A DNA stretch of 64,000 nt, taken from Rhodospirillales bacterium (GTDB lineage Bacteria; Pseudomonadota; Alphaproteobacteria; MPNO01; UBA2964). Under the pieces are notes generated by a model. The model saw nothing but the letters and a program-made list of their open reading frames with translations, was not told the origin of the DNA and did no database searches. The position numbers and the translations under genes were made by a program. Every line of letters begins with the position of its first letter. Within the stretch, counting starts at the first letter, position 1. Of this stretch, positions 1 to 8,896 are shown piece by piece. The DNA lies in assembly GCA_038116945.1 (NCBI GenBank), contig JAYOEY010000003.1, positions 128,662 to 192,661 on the forward strand, written 5' to 3'.

Positions 1-997
1 CGATCAGGTCCGGATGTTCGATGAAGTCGGAGTAATGCCCGACCACCCCGGGCACCAGCGTCGCGTCCTCCGGCAGGCTGATTTCCTCGAACACGCGCCA
101 TTCATGCTCGTGGCGGGGATTCGAGGCCTCGATCGAATAGCTGCCGACCGGCACGCTGAAAATCAGGTCGGCGATATCGGTCAGCGGAATGTCGTCGTGA
201 TGCGGCCCGTGATAGCTGCCCCAGCACACATGGAGCCGCACCAGTTCGCGGGGAATGTCGCGCAGCGCGTAACACAGCGCCTCGGTGCGGAGCGCGGCGT
301 ATTTCAGGTACTCGTCGACTTCCATGTCGGGCAGGCAGTTCCAGCAGTCCGGCAGGTCGGGGTCATCGATCTGCAGCAGGAATCCCGCGTCGGTGATCGC
401 GGTGTACTCCTCGTGCAGCACGTCGGCGATGGCGAACAGAAACTCCTCGTCCGTGCGATAGAAATCGTTGCCGAGCCAGTGCTCGACCGTGCCGGGCGTA
501 TTGGCGGGAAGGAAGCCCCACGTCGCGCCCTCTTGTTCCAGCGCAGCGGCGAAGTTCGCGAGATCAGCCTTGAGTTCGGCCCATCCCCGATCCGAATAGC
601 GAAGCTCTTCGACGCAGACGGGAAACCCGACACCCCGGCGGGAACGCGGCCGCGGGTTGTTCTCGAAATAGCCGTCGAACCGGCGCGCGTCGCGGGCGAT
701 GATGCTCAGCCGTTCCTCGCGCCCGGCATCGTGTTCGCGGATTTCGAATCCCTCGATTCGCTCGCGCACATAGTTGGTGAAGTTCGATTTGCCGTATTCG
801 CCGTCATTGACGATGTCGACCCCCGCCGCGCGCTGCCGACGCACAACCTCCTGAACCGCGGCGGGCAATCTTTGCGCAAGTCCGGCCTGATCGTACGGCT
901 CGCCGACCGATTTCGCCGTCACCATTTCGCGCAGATCGTCAGGGCGCGGCAGGGACCCGGCATGGGTCGTCAGGATTCGGTCGGTGCTGTAAATCAT
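1..997 (-). CDS. Cobalamin-independent methionine synthase II (MetE C-terminal-like) family protein, 3' end runs off the window
   Basis: Not in the ORF track; translated by hand from ATG at 997: MIYSTDRILTTHAGSLPRP...LLQIDDPDL...LHVCWGSYHGPH...IEASNPRHEHEW. Paralog of 39684-40856. Confidence 0.85.
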   Translation of the reverse strand, partial: MIYSTDRILTTHAGSLPRPDDLREMVTAKSVGEPYDQAGLAQRLPAAVQEVVRRQRAAGVDIVNDGEYGKSNFTNYVRERIEGFEIREHDAGREERLSIIARDARRFDGYFENNPRPRSRRGVGFPVCVEELRYSDRGWAELKADLANFAAALEQEGATWGFLPANTPGTVEHWLGNDFYRTDEEFLFAIADVLHEEYTAITDAGFLLQIDDPDLPDCWNCLPDMEVDEYLKYAALRTEALCYALRDIPRELVRLHVCWGSYHGPHHDDIPLTDIADLIFSVPVGSYSIEASNPRHEHEWRVFEEISLPEDATLVPGVVGHYSDFIEHPDLI

Positions 998-1027
998 CGA
1001 ATGCTCCCTGGTTTTACTCTGCTTGTT

Positions 1028-2512
1028 TCATTCCGCAGCCGCCGGCGCGGCCAGTGCCGTCGCATGATCGGGCAGAACGATCTCGCCGTCATCGACCAGC
1101 TTCTGCGTCGCCGCTTCGACCGCCGTTCCCTTGAAGAAGTCGGGGTTCATCTGCATGTGCAGCTCGGCGACGTTGCGGAACATGAAATTCCGGAAATCGT
1201 CGCCGTCCATCAGCCCGGCCTCGACCGCCTCGTGCGCTTCGTGCACGACGTAGCGGATATCCGGCACGTCCCAGTGACCGATATCCGAGCTGAACAACGC
1301 CTTCAGCTTCACGTCGAAATGGTTGAGCCTGGGGTTGAAGGCGACCGCGTTCATCCGGTCGTCCGCTTCGCAGCCGAAATAGAAGTTCGGTACGAACAGG
1401 TCGCGCACGTCTTCCTTGCGGCGGATCGCGCAGGCCTCGAAATCGTCCATGCTGCGCGTCTCTGCCCAGTGGAACGAGAACAAATTGTCGGCATTTTCGC
1501 GCACCGCGATACGCTCGGCGGTCAGATAGTCGTTGCCGTATTTTTCGAACATCGCGACCATCAGATCCATGTCGAGATCTGCGGGGTCCATCTTTTCGCG
1601 CAGGTAATCGACGTTGCGCTTTTCCCAGAACTCGCAGAGATCGTTGTAGAGCGCGGCCGCCCAGCCGACTCCGCCTTCGAGGAACCCGAAATTGAGCGTC
1701 GGGAAGCGGCGCGTCACCCCTCCCATGAACATCGAACGGCAGAGATGCTCGGCGCCCACACCGAAGCTCCCGAGCCGGTTATAGACGAAGTTCTGCGGCG
1801 ACATGCGGCGGGCGGAGGATTGCGACCCTCCGTGACCGGTGACCGCCACGCCAAGCTCGACGCAGCGCCGCCAGAACGGGTCGTAATCGTATTCGCTGTC
1901 GATGGTGAAGGAATGGATCACCTGGGTCAGCGCTCCGAGCTCAGGCGACTCCGCCTGCACCTGGGGCACGGGCCCGCGCCGTTCCGACGGGATGCTGATC
2001 GATTTGAAACCGAGCTCGCCGACCGCGTATTCCAGCTCCGCCACCGCCTCTTCCGGCGTATGCATGGGAATGACGGCGGACGGCACCATCCGGTCCGCAT
2101 AGGGGCCGAACATGTCCGCGTAGAGCATGTTGAGCGCGCGGTGCAGCGTCCGGCGCAGCTCGTCGTCGCGCACCTGCTGCGCGCCGAGCCCTTCGGACGT
2201 GTAGATGATGGCGAAATCGATCCCCGATTCCGCCAGCCGTTCGTAATACAGACCGGGCAGCATCACCGTCGCCCGGTCGATCGTCATCTCGCCCGAAGGA
2301 GAGGCCCAGAACCCGTTTCGGTGGTTGGTCTTGTTGCGCTGCGCCTGGCGTTTCTCAAACGCCGCCAGCACGTCGGGCCCGGCGATCTTTTTGACGAAAT
2401 CGTGCAGCGCGAAGCGCGCCTCGATCACGTGGGCGTCGGCGTCGATCACGGGATGATCGATGGTGTCGAGAATTTTCCGGACCTCGGGAACCGGATCGCC
2501 GATTTCGTACAT
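1028..2512 (-). CDS. Amidohydrolase_2 family metal-dependent hydrolase/decarboxylase (long type)
   Basis: N-terminal IDADAH metal motif, YDPFW..CVELGVAVTGH, FGFLEGG, FSSDIGHWD. Confidence 0.85.
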   Translation of the reverse strand: MYEIGDPVPEVRKILDTIDHPVIDADAHVIEARFALHDFVKKIAGPDVLAAFEKRQAQRNKTNHRNGFWASPSGEMTIDRATVMLPGLYYERLAESGIDFAIIYTSEGLGAQQVRDDELRRTLHRALNMLYADMFGPYADRMVPSAVIPMHTPEEAVAELEYAVGELGFKSISIPSERRGPVPQVQAESPELGALTQVIHSFTIDSEYDYDPFWRRCVELGVAVTGHGGSQSSARRMSPQNFVYNRLGSFGVGAEHLCRSMFMGGVTRRFPTLNFGFLEGGVGWAAALYNDLCEFWEKRNVDYLREKMDPADLDMDLMVAMFEKYGNDYLTAERIAVRENADNLFSFHWAETRSMDDFEACAIRRKEDVRDLFVPNFYFGCEADDRMNAVAFNPRLNHFDVKLKALFSSDIGHWDVPDIRYVVHEAHEAVEAGLMDGDDFRNFMFRNVAELHMQMNPDFFKGTAVEAATQKLVDDGEIVLPDHATALAAPAAAE

Positions 2513-2607
2513 CTGCCCCTCCCTGACGGTGCCTGTTTTTCACAGTTTAGTCGTGCATACGACGTCGCGCCACGGGCCGCACGCCGGGAAAAAATGATTC
2601 CCCGATA

Positions 2608-2667
2608 ATATTGCGAATGAATATCAATTGCAGATATAAGAGTAATATTGATAATCATTCGCAATAT
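2608..2667. promoter_or_regulatory. Two Fur-box-like 19-bp operators in inverted orientation
   Basis: ATTGCGAATGAATATCAAT (2610-2628) and ATTGATAATCATTCGCAAT (2647-2665) are reverse complements with 1 mismatch. They resemble the Fur consensus GATAATGATAATCATTATC and lie in an AT-rich divergent intergenic region. Confidence 0.7.
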
Positions 2668-2687
2668 CAATCTCGCTGGAGAACGAC

Positions 2688-3197
2688 ATGACGACAGGCA
2701 TACAGGAAGACGCGGCAGGGGCTTCCACTCCCGCCATTTCAAATAACGGGACCGCCGACGGGCAGCTCTACATCAACCACCTGCAGTTCGAGGACATCGT
2801 CGCGATCTGGGCGATGAGGACCTATCTGCAGGGCGGCGCGGCGGAGAAATGCATGCGCAGGCAGTTTGCCCGCGCCCTGCCCGCGACCCAGGCATGGATT
2901 GCCTGCGATGCTGTCGAGCGCATGGTCGAGACAGTCCGCCGTCACGGCATTCGCCCAATCCGTTTTCACTGCATGTGTCACGCGGACATCACGGCGGACG
3001 AGATGGCCTTTCTGTCCCTGTTCCATGCCGTCCGCTGCCACCGGCGGGAAGAAATCGCCTCTGCCGCCGCCCTGCTGGTCGCCGGCGCAGGCATGGAAAA
3101 ACTGGCCGGCGCGGCCGAACTGTTCTTCGAGGCCGTCGAGGCGCGCCATGCGCGGGGCGTCTGGAAAGACAGTTCGCCACCGAGCACCATGCACTGA
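2688..3197 (+). CDS. Hypothetical protein with HCxCH motif, probably iron-regulated
   Basis: GGAGA RBS before ATG, 169 aa, motif RFHCMCHADITADE, directly downstream of the Fur-like boxes. Confidence 0.7.
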   Translation: MTTGIQEDAAGASTPAISNNGTADGQLYINHLQFEDIVAIWAMRTYLQGGAAEKCMRRQFARALPATQAWIACDAVERMVETVRRHGIRPIRFHCMCHADITADEMAFLSLFHAVRCHRREEIASAAALLVAGAGMEKLAGAAELFFEAVEARHARGVWKDSSPPSTMH

Positions 3198-3276
3198 GCG
3201 GAAACGCCGTTTCTTCCCTCCCCGGCACGGCCCGTATTTGCGATAGTGTCGCCGTTGCACAGGGAGATCCGGAAAG

Positions 3277-4239
3277 ATGATCGTCGATTTTCAGCACCAT
3301 TTCGTCCCGCGCGAGCTGGGTCCCGGCCCGGATGCCGAGGCAAAGACCGTTTACGACGCGCATGGCGTGCCCAGCTATTCGTTCCATAACCTGCTCTACG
3401 ATCTCGACGAGCATGTCGCGATGATGGACGAGGCGGGAATCGACGCGGCGACGCTGTCCTGCGCCGAGGGCATGTGCGGGCCGCTCGACAAGAGCCGGAT
3501 CATCAACGACGCAGCGAAGAAGGCTGCCGACGACTACCCCGGTCGTTTCATCGGCACCGCGCACGCCCACCCGCTTGGCGGAGCTGAGGCATTCGCCGAA
3601 CTCGCCCGCTGCCAGGACGAGCTCGGCTTCCCCGGCGTGGTGATCTGTTCCGAGTTCAACATGAAGCTCGACGATCCGGCCCTGAACCCGTTCTGGGAGG
3701 AATGCCAGCGGCGCGGCCTGTACGTGTTCGTCCACCCCGCGCTCAAGCTCGACCATCCGGAGCCGTACGATGCCTACGACATGGGCCGTTCCATCGGCCG
3801 TGAATTCTCGATGGCGCTGTCGGTGATCCGGCTGATCAATGGCGGCGTGCTCGACCGGTTCCCCGAGCTGACCGTGCAGATCGCCCATCTCGGCGGCGGC
3901 ATCGGCTCGGTGCTGGGCCGGCTGCGGTCCTATCAGGACAAGGATTTCTGGGGCACCAGGGGCAACGAGCGCCACGGCTGCCTGCCGGAACGCGACATGG
4001 ATTACTACCTGCGGGAAAGACTGGTGTTCGACACGGCCGGTTTCTGCGGCGCGATCACGTCGGTCAAGTCGTCTCTGGTCGAGCTGCCGGCGTCGCGGGT
4101 CGTCTACGCCACCGATTACCCGCAGGAAATCCGCGAACGCTCGGCGGTGAAGAAGTTCGTCGACGAGGTGCGCGATCTCGGCCCCGACGGGGCGGCCATC
4201 CTCGACGGCAATGCCGGGCTTCTGATACCCGGCGCCTAG
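3277..4239 (+). CDS. Amidohydrolase_2 family protein (ACMSD/aromatic decarboxylase-like)
   Basis: IVDFQHH, YVFVHP, IAHLGG, FDTAG and YATDYP motifs. Confidence 0.85.
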   Translation: MIVDFQHHFVPRELGPGPDAEAKTVYDAHGVPSYSFHNLLYDLDEHVAMMDEAGIDAATLSCAEGMCGPLDKSRIINDAAKKAADDYPGRFIGTAHAHPLGGAEAFAELARCQDELGFPGVVICSEFNMKLDDPALNPFWEECQRRGLYVFVHPALKLDHPEPYDAYDMGRSIGREFSMALSVIRLINGGVLDRFPELTVQIAHLGGGIGSVLGRLRSYQDKDFWGTRGNERHGCLPERDMDYYLRERLVFDTAGFCGAITSVKSSLVELPASRVVYATDYPQEIRERSAVKKFVDEVRDLGPDGAAILDGNAGLLIPGA

Positions 4240-4343
4240 CCGGGTCGATACGCAGATGGCCACAACTGTCTGACCGGTTTTTTTGGGGCGATTCCCCTGT
4301 TTATTAATCAGGGTTAAATCGGACCGGCCGCACCGCTGGCAAT

Positions 4344-5195
4344 ATGACCGGCATGCAGATACCAAGAATCCTCGTTCCGGGTCTCGTCGCCGCCGTCGTT
4401 CTGGCAACGCCGCCTGCTTTCGCCGCGATCCTGTTTGCCGAAGACTTCTCGGGGCACAGCACGGCGGGTGGCGCGGCCGGCACCAACGGCTGGACCGGCG
4501 ACAACATCAACATCAATGCCAGTCCGGATTTCGGCGGCAGCAACGTCCTCGACGGCAACGACGCGTCCGGCACCATCGACGGGTTCGCGGTCGTCGAACG
4601 ACAGTTCGGCAACCTGTCTGGAACCAGCGGACTGCACGAATTTTCGATAGATGTGTTCGGCCAGACCGCATCGCTGCCGTCGCATAATTCGGCGATGGGG
4701 ATCGGGTCGAGCGCGAACGCAACGCTGAACCGCGCCGGCGCTTACTGGCTGGTCCTCTACGACAAGGACAATGTCTCGGGAAAAACGGGCTACTTCTTCG
4801 ATGCGCGCGGCATCACGGGCAACAGTTCCGCCTTCCAGAGCTTCGACGGGCCCTTCAATCAGGTCGAAACCCTGAAAATCGTCATCGACGCCAGCCTCGG
4901 CGAAGTATTCGGCGTATTCGATTTCGGCGGCAGTCTGCAGGAAACAGCGCATTTCACGGTCGGCGCGGCGGAAATCGGCGCGATCGACGAGGTGTTCGGC
5001 TTCACCGATTTCCGGTCGGCCAATCCGGGCGGCGCGTTTGCCAGCACCGGTCTCGGCTCTCAGTTTTCGGGGGCGCAATGGGACAATATCGTTGTGTCGT
5101 CGGACGCGGTTCCGGTACCGGAACCGGGCGCGCTTCAGGTCTATGCCATCGGAATTCTTGGTATCGTCGCCCTGCGGCGCCGCCCGAATTCCTGA
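4344..5195 (+). CDS. Secreted PEP-CTERM sorting-domain protein
   Basis: N-terminal signal peptide (..PPAFA/AIL) and C-terminal VPEPG + hydrophobic stretch + RRR. Confidence 0.85.
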   Translation: MTGMQIPRILVPGLVAAVVLATPPAFAAILFAEDFSGHSTAGGAAGTNGWTGDNININASPDFGGSNVLDGNDASGTIDGFAVVERQFGNLSGTSGLHEFSIDVFGQTASLPSHNSAMGIGSSANATLNRAGAYWLVLYDKDNVSGKTGYFFDARGITGNSSAFQSFDGPFNQVETLKIVIDASLGEVFGVFDFGGSLQETAHFTVGAAEIGAIDEVFGFTDFRSANPGGAFASTGLGSQFSGAQWDNIVVSSDAVPVPEPGALQVYAIGILGIVALRRRPNS

Positions 5196-5209
5196 TCCGC
5201 CCCGATACG

Positions 5210-5239
5210 AAAACGGCGCGGGAAGACCCCCGCGCCGTC
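5210..5239 (-). terminator. Rho-independent terminator between convergent genes
   Basis: Stem ACGGCGCGGG / CCCGCGCCGT with an A-tract on the + side (U-tract on -). Confidence 0.65.
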
Positions 5240-5260
5240 TCGTCTGAACTGCAGACCGCC

Positions 5261-6190
5261 TTACTTCTTGGCTGCCTTCTTGGCCGCCTTCTTCGGTGCG
5301 GCCTTGCGCGCGGCGGAGGGACGGCGCTTGCCGCCCTTCTCCGTGGTCTTGCCGTCGGCGGCGCCGACATAGGGCGAGAACACGGGGCGATAAGCCTTTT
5401 CGTCGATGAACTGGCGGATGCCCTCGGCATAGGCGTCGTGCCCGCGGGCCGCGTCGCGGATCTTGATCTCCGCCATCTTGGCGTTGAGGTAATCCGACGC
5501 CGCGCGCCAGGACATGTCCTGCGTCGCCCTGATCGCGTGCTTGGTCGCCCGCAGCACGTTGGGGTTCTTCTCAAGCAGTTCCTTCGCCAGCTTGAGCGTT
5601 TCCTTGCGGAGGTTTTTCTTCGGCACCGAGAAATTGACCATGCCGATGCGGGCCGCGTCCTTGCCGGTGAACGTCCGTCCGGTGCAGGCGTAGAACATGG
5701 CGTCGCGCTGGCTGAACAGGTCGGTCACCATCTTGGACACCATGCCGCCCGGCAGGATGCCCCAGTTGACTTCCGACAGCGAGAAAATGGCTTCGTCAGC
5801 CGCGACTGCGAAATCGGCGCAGATGCAATGGGTGAACGCGCCGCCGATGCAGTAGCCGTTGACCATCGAAATGGTCGGCTTGTTGTACATCCACAGCTTG
5901 TCGCTGCGCCAGCGGCTGTCGTTGCTCGCCTTGGCCTTGGCCTCCGGATTGCCGTCGGTTTCGCGGAAATATTCCTTGAGGTCCTGCCCCGCGCTGTAGG
6001 ACACGCCTTCGCCCGTCAGGATCACCAGCTTGGTGTCCGGATCGGTTTCCAGCAGCGTCATGATCTCCATCATTTCCGCGTGGAACGTGGGGCTCATCGC
6101 GTTGCGCTTTTCCGGGCGGTTGAAGATCACCCAGGTGATCCCGTCCTTCTGCTGGTCGACTTTCACGCATGAATATTTCTTTTTCAGCAT
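5261..6190 (-). CDS. ech: p-Hydroxycinnamoyl-CoA (feruloyl-CoA) hydratase/lyase, crotonase family
   Basis: NRPEKRNAMSP, AGQDLKEYFRE and FSLSEVNWGILPGG are characteristic of HCHL/Ech. Carries an extra Lys/Ala-rich C-terminal tail. Confidence 0.85.
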   Translation of the reverse strand: MLKKKYSCVKVDQQKDGITWVIFNRPEKRNAMSPTFHAEMMEIMTLLETDPDTKLVILTGEGVSYSAGQDLKEYFRETDGNPEAKAKASNDSRWRSDKLWMYNKPTISMVNGYCIGGAFTHCICADFAVAADEAIFSLSEVNWGILPGGMVSKMVTDLFSQRDAMFYACTGRTFTGKDAARIGMVNFSVPKKNLRKETLKLAKELLEKNPNVLRATKHAIRATQDMSWRAASDYLNAKMAEIKIRDAARGHDAYAEGIRQFIDEKAYRPVFSPYVGAADGKTTEKGGKRRPSAARKAAPKKAAKKAAKK

Positions 6191-6283
6191 CGAATTTCCT
6201 CTCCTGCTGCTGTCTGGTTGAAGTCCGTTCCTGTTGATGCGGCATCATGCCGCGCAATTCGGCGGCGGTATACCGCCATAAGA

Positions 6284-8362
6284 TCAGTTTTTCCGCACCG
6301 GCCGCACGTCGATCGCCCGCACGCCCTTTCCGCGCTCCAGCACGATCAGCGGGTTGATCTCGATATCGCTCAGCCAGGTGCGGTGATCGACGAAGAAAGC
6401 CGACAGTGCAGCGATCGCATCCGCCAGCGCATCGACGTCGCGCGGCGCCTGTCCGCGGAACCCGTCGAGCGCTTTTGCCCCACGCAGTTCGGCGAGCATA
6501 CCGCGCGCATCGTCCGCCGTCACCGGCGCAAGGCGCAGCGACACATCCTTCATCAGCTCGACGAACACACCGCCCAGCCCGACCACGACCAGAGGACCGA
6601 AATCCGGATCGTCTCTCATGCCGACCAGCATTTCGAACCCGTCGACCATCTCCTGCACCAGGAACCCGTCGATGGAGCCGTCGGGCAGGGAGGCCAGCAG
6701 GTCGGCGGCCTCGGCCGCAACCGCGTCGGCGTTGGCGAGGTTGAGCCTCACGCCGCCCGCCTCGGTCTTGTGGCTGAACCGGGCGGAGACGATCTTGAGC
6801 GCGACCGGGAAGCCGATGCGACCAGCGGCGGCGGCCGCCTCATCCGGCGTCGGGCCCGTCTGTTCCTGCTTCGGCGCGGTCAGCCCGGCGGCGTCCAGCG
6901 CCGCCTCCAGCGCGCCCTCAGCGATATTGGCCGCATCGCCCGCCGGGTCCGGCAGCGCAGGCACCCCGCGCCGTTTCACCGCGCCGTAACGCACCAGCGC
7001 CTGCATCGCGCGCACCGTTTGCGGAATGCCGAAGAAGCACGGCAGGCCGGTGCGTTTCTGGAAGTCGCGATAGGAATCGTTGGCGTTCTGCGCCATCCGC
7101 GAGAAACCGAAGATCGGCTTGTCGGTGTAGGCGATCAGGTCGGCATAGATATCGAAATTGCTGTCGGGATCGCCCGGAATCGGTAGACGCGCCTGGATCG
7201 CCATGATGTCGACATCGTCCTCGTCGGCGAACGCCTTGGACAGGCGGCAGAACCGCTCGACATTACCGGCGAGCGCCGTGCCGGCATCCATCGGGTTGTA
7301 GACATCGACATCGTCGGGAACGATTTCCTCCATCCGTTCCACCGTCGCGGGAGACAAAGTAGCGAGCGTCGCACCTGCATCGTCCACCGCGTCGAGCGAC
7401 AGGCCGACCGCGCCGCCGGAAGACGTGACGATGGCCATTTTCGGGCCTGTCGGATAGCGCTTCTGGGTGAACGCGAGAACGATCTCCACCATGTCATCGA
7501 GATTGTTGCAACGCGTGATGCCGTACTTGTTGCACATCGCCTGGAACACGTCGTCGTCGACCGCCACCGCGCCGGTATGGGTTGCCGCCTGTTCCTTGCC
7601 GAGTTCGGTCCGGCCCAGCTTGATCAGGACCACCGGCTTGCCGGCCTCGAACGCGCGGCCCGCCGCCTCCATGAAAGCCTTTGGCCGGCGGATGCTTTCC
7701 AGCATGGCGACGATGATCTCGGTATCAGGATCGCCAACCAGGAAGTTGAGATAATCCGCGCAATCCAGCCCGAATTCGTTGCCGCAGCTTACCGCGTAGG
7801 AGAAACCGAGCCCGCGCTGCGCGGCCTGTGCGAACCAGTAGCCGAGCGTGCCGCCGGACTGAAAGATCCCGCCGACGGGCCCCTGCTGAAGATTCCTGAG
7901 CCGCGTCGTCGGATATTGCAACAGCTTGCGCGGCAGGGAGAACGTCCCCATGCAGTTGGGTCCGCACGCGGCAAGGCCCGCCTTCTGGATCATCGCGCGC
8001 AGCTCCGCGCCACGTTCGGTGCCGAGCTTCTTGCGGCCTTCGCCGAAACCGGCGGAAAAGATCGTTGCGGCTTTCAGCCCGTTCTCAATCCCGTCCTTGA
8101 TGACGCCGTTGACGAACCGTCCCGGCACCACGATGGCGGCGTGATCGACCTGCTCGGGCAAGGCCGAGAAATCGGGATAAACCTTCTGGTCCCACAGCTC
8201 GTCCCGGCTGGGGTTGATCAGATAGACCCTGAGCGGAAACCCGGCTTCCTTGATGTTATTGAAAAGCACCTTTGACCAGCCCTCGCCGCCGGTTTCGGAC
8301 GCGCCCACAATGGCCATGGATTCGGGCTGCAACAGGGGGGAGACGTTGCGGAATTCTGTCAT
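6284..8362 (-). CDS. ADP-forming acyl-CoA synthetase (acetate-CoA ligase family, fused CoA-binding + ATP-grasp)
   Basis: AIVGAS, GPNCMG, QSGG, phospho-His motif ATHTGA, HKTEAGGV and EINPL. Confidence 0.85.
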   Translation of the reverse strand: MTEFRNVSPLLQPESMAIVGASETGGEGWSKVLFNNIKEAGFPLRVYLINPSRDELWDQKVYPDFSALPEQVDHAAIVVPGRFVNGVIKDGIENGLKAATIFSAGFGEGRKKLGTERGAELRAMIQKAGLAACGPNCMGTFSLPRKLLQYPTTRLRNLQQGPVGGIFQSGGTLGYWFAQAAQRGLGFSYAVSCGNEFGLDCADYLNFLVGDPDTEIIVAMLESIRRPKAFMEAAGRAFEAGKPVVLIKLGRTELGKEQAATHTGAVAVDDDVFQAMCNKYGITRCNNLDDMVEIVLAFTQKRYPTGPKMAIVTSSGGAVGLSLDAVDDAGATLATLSPATVERMEEIVPDDVDVYNPMDAGTALAGNVERFCRLSKAFADEDDVDIMAIQARLPIPGDPDSNFDIYADLIAYTDKPIFGFSRMAQNANDSYRDFQKRTGLPCFFGIPQTVRAMQALVRYGAVKRRGVPALPDPAGDAANIAEGALEAALDAAGLTAPKQEQTGPTPDEAAAAAGRIGFPVALKIVSARFSHKTEAGGVRLNLANADAVAAEAADLLASLPDGSIDGFLVQEMVDGFEMLVGMRDDPDFGPLVVVGLGGVFVELMKDVSLRLAPVTADDARGMLAELRGAKALDGFRGQAPRDVDALADAIAALSAFFVDHRTWLSDIEINPLIVLERGKGVRAIDVRPVRKN

Positions 8363-8388
8363 CTCGATGGTCTTTCCTTAGCGATCGT

Positions 8389-8889
8389 TCAATTGTCGAA
8401 ACGCGGCGGCGTTTTACCCTCGGGCAAATTGTCCGGACGCGGCAGGCCTTCCGGCGTATGGCAGCCGTCGCGATAGCGGCCGATCCCCTGCCCCGTGCCG
8501 ACGATCACGCCGTTCTCGTCCACCGCCTCGGCGACCGACATGAACATGGTGCGCCCGCCGCCGGTCTTGCGCGCGTTGATCGTCACGCGGCTCCCGAGAC
8601 GCACGGGGGCCACGAAATTGACAGTCAGCGTCACCGTCGCGCCGGACCGGTAATTGCCCGGGACGGTGCAGTAGATGGCGGCATGCGCGATTGCCGTGTC
8701 GATCGCGGTCGAGAGGCAGCCGCCATGCAGCACGCCGGCGCCGTTCAGCGTGTGTTCTGCAACGTCGAACTCGATCACGCAGCGGTCCAGCTCCCACTCG
8801 ACCAGCCGGATCCCGATATCGTCGGAAAACCGGGCAAAGGATTTGAGCGACGGCCGCGGCGGCGGCAGGGATTTCGTATCGGGCGGCAT
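8389..8889 (-). CDS. PaaI family thioesterase (hotdog fold)
   Basis: NGAGVLHGGCLSTAID motif. Confidence 0.85.
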   Translation of the reverse strand: MPPDTKSLPPPRPSLKSFARFSDDIGIRLVEWELDRCVIEFDVAEHTLNGAGVLHGGCLSTAIDTAIAHAAIYCTVPGNYRSGATVTLTVNFVAPVRLGSRVTINARKTGGGRTMFMSVAEAVDENGVIVGTGQGIGRYRDGCHTPEGLPRPDNLPEGKTPPRFDN

Positions 8890-8896
8890 GGCGGTT

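Noticed and set aside
14-2608. 864-aa + strand ORF
   Set aside because: Antisense shadow of two motif-bearing minus-strand genes. It has no recognisable motifs, which is typical of high-GC DNA.
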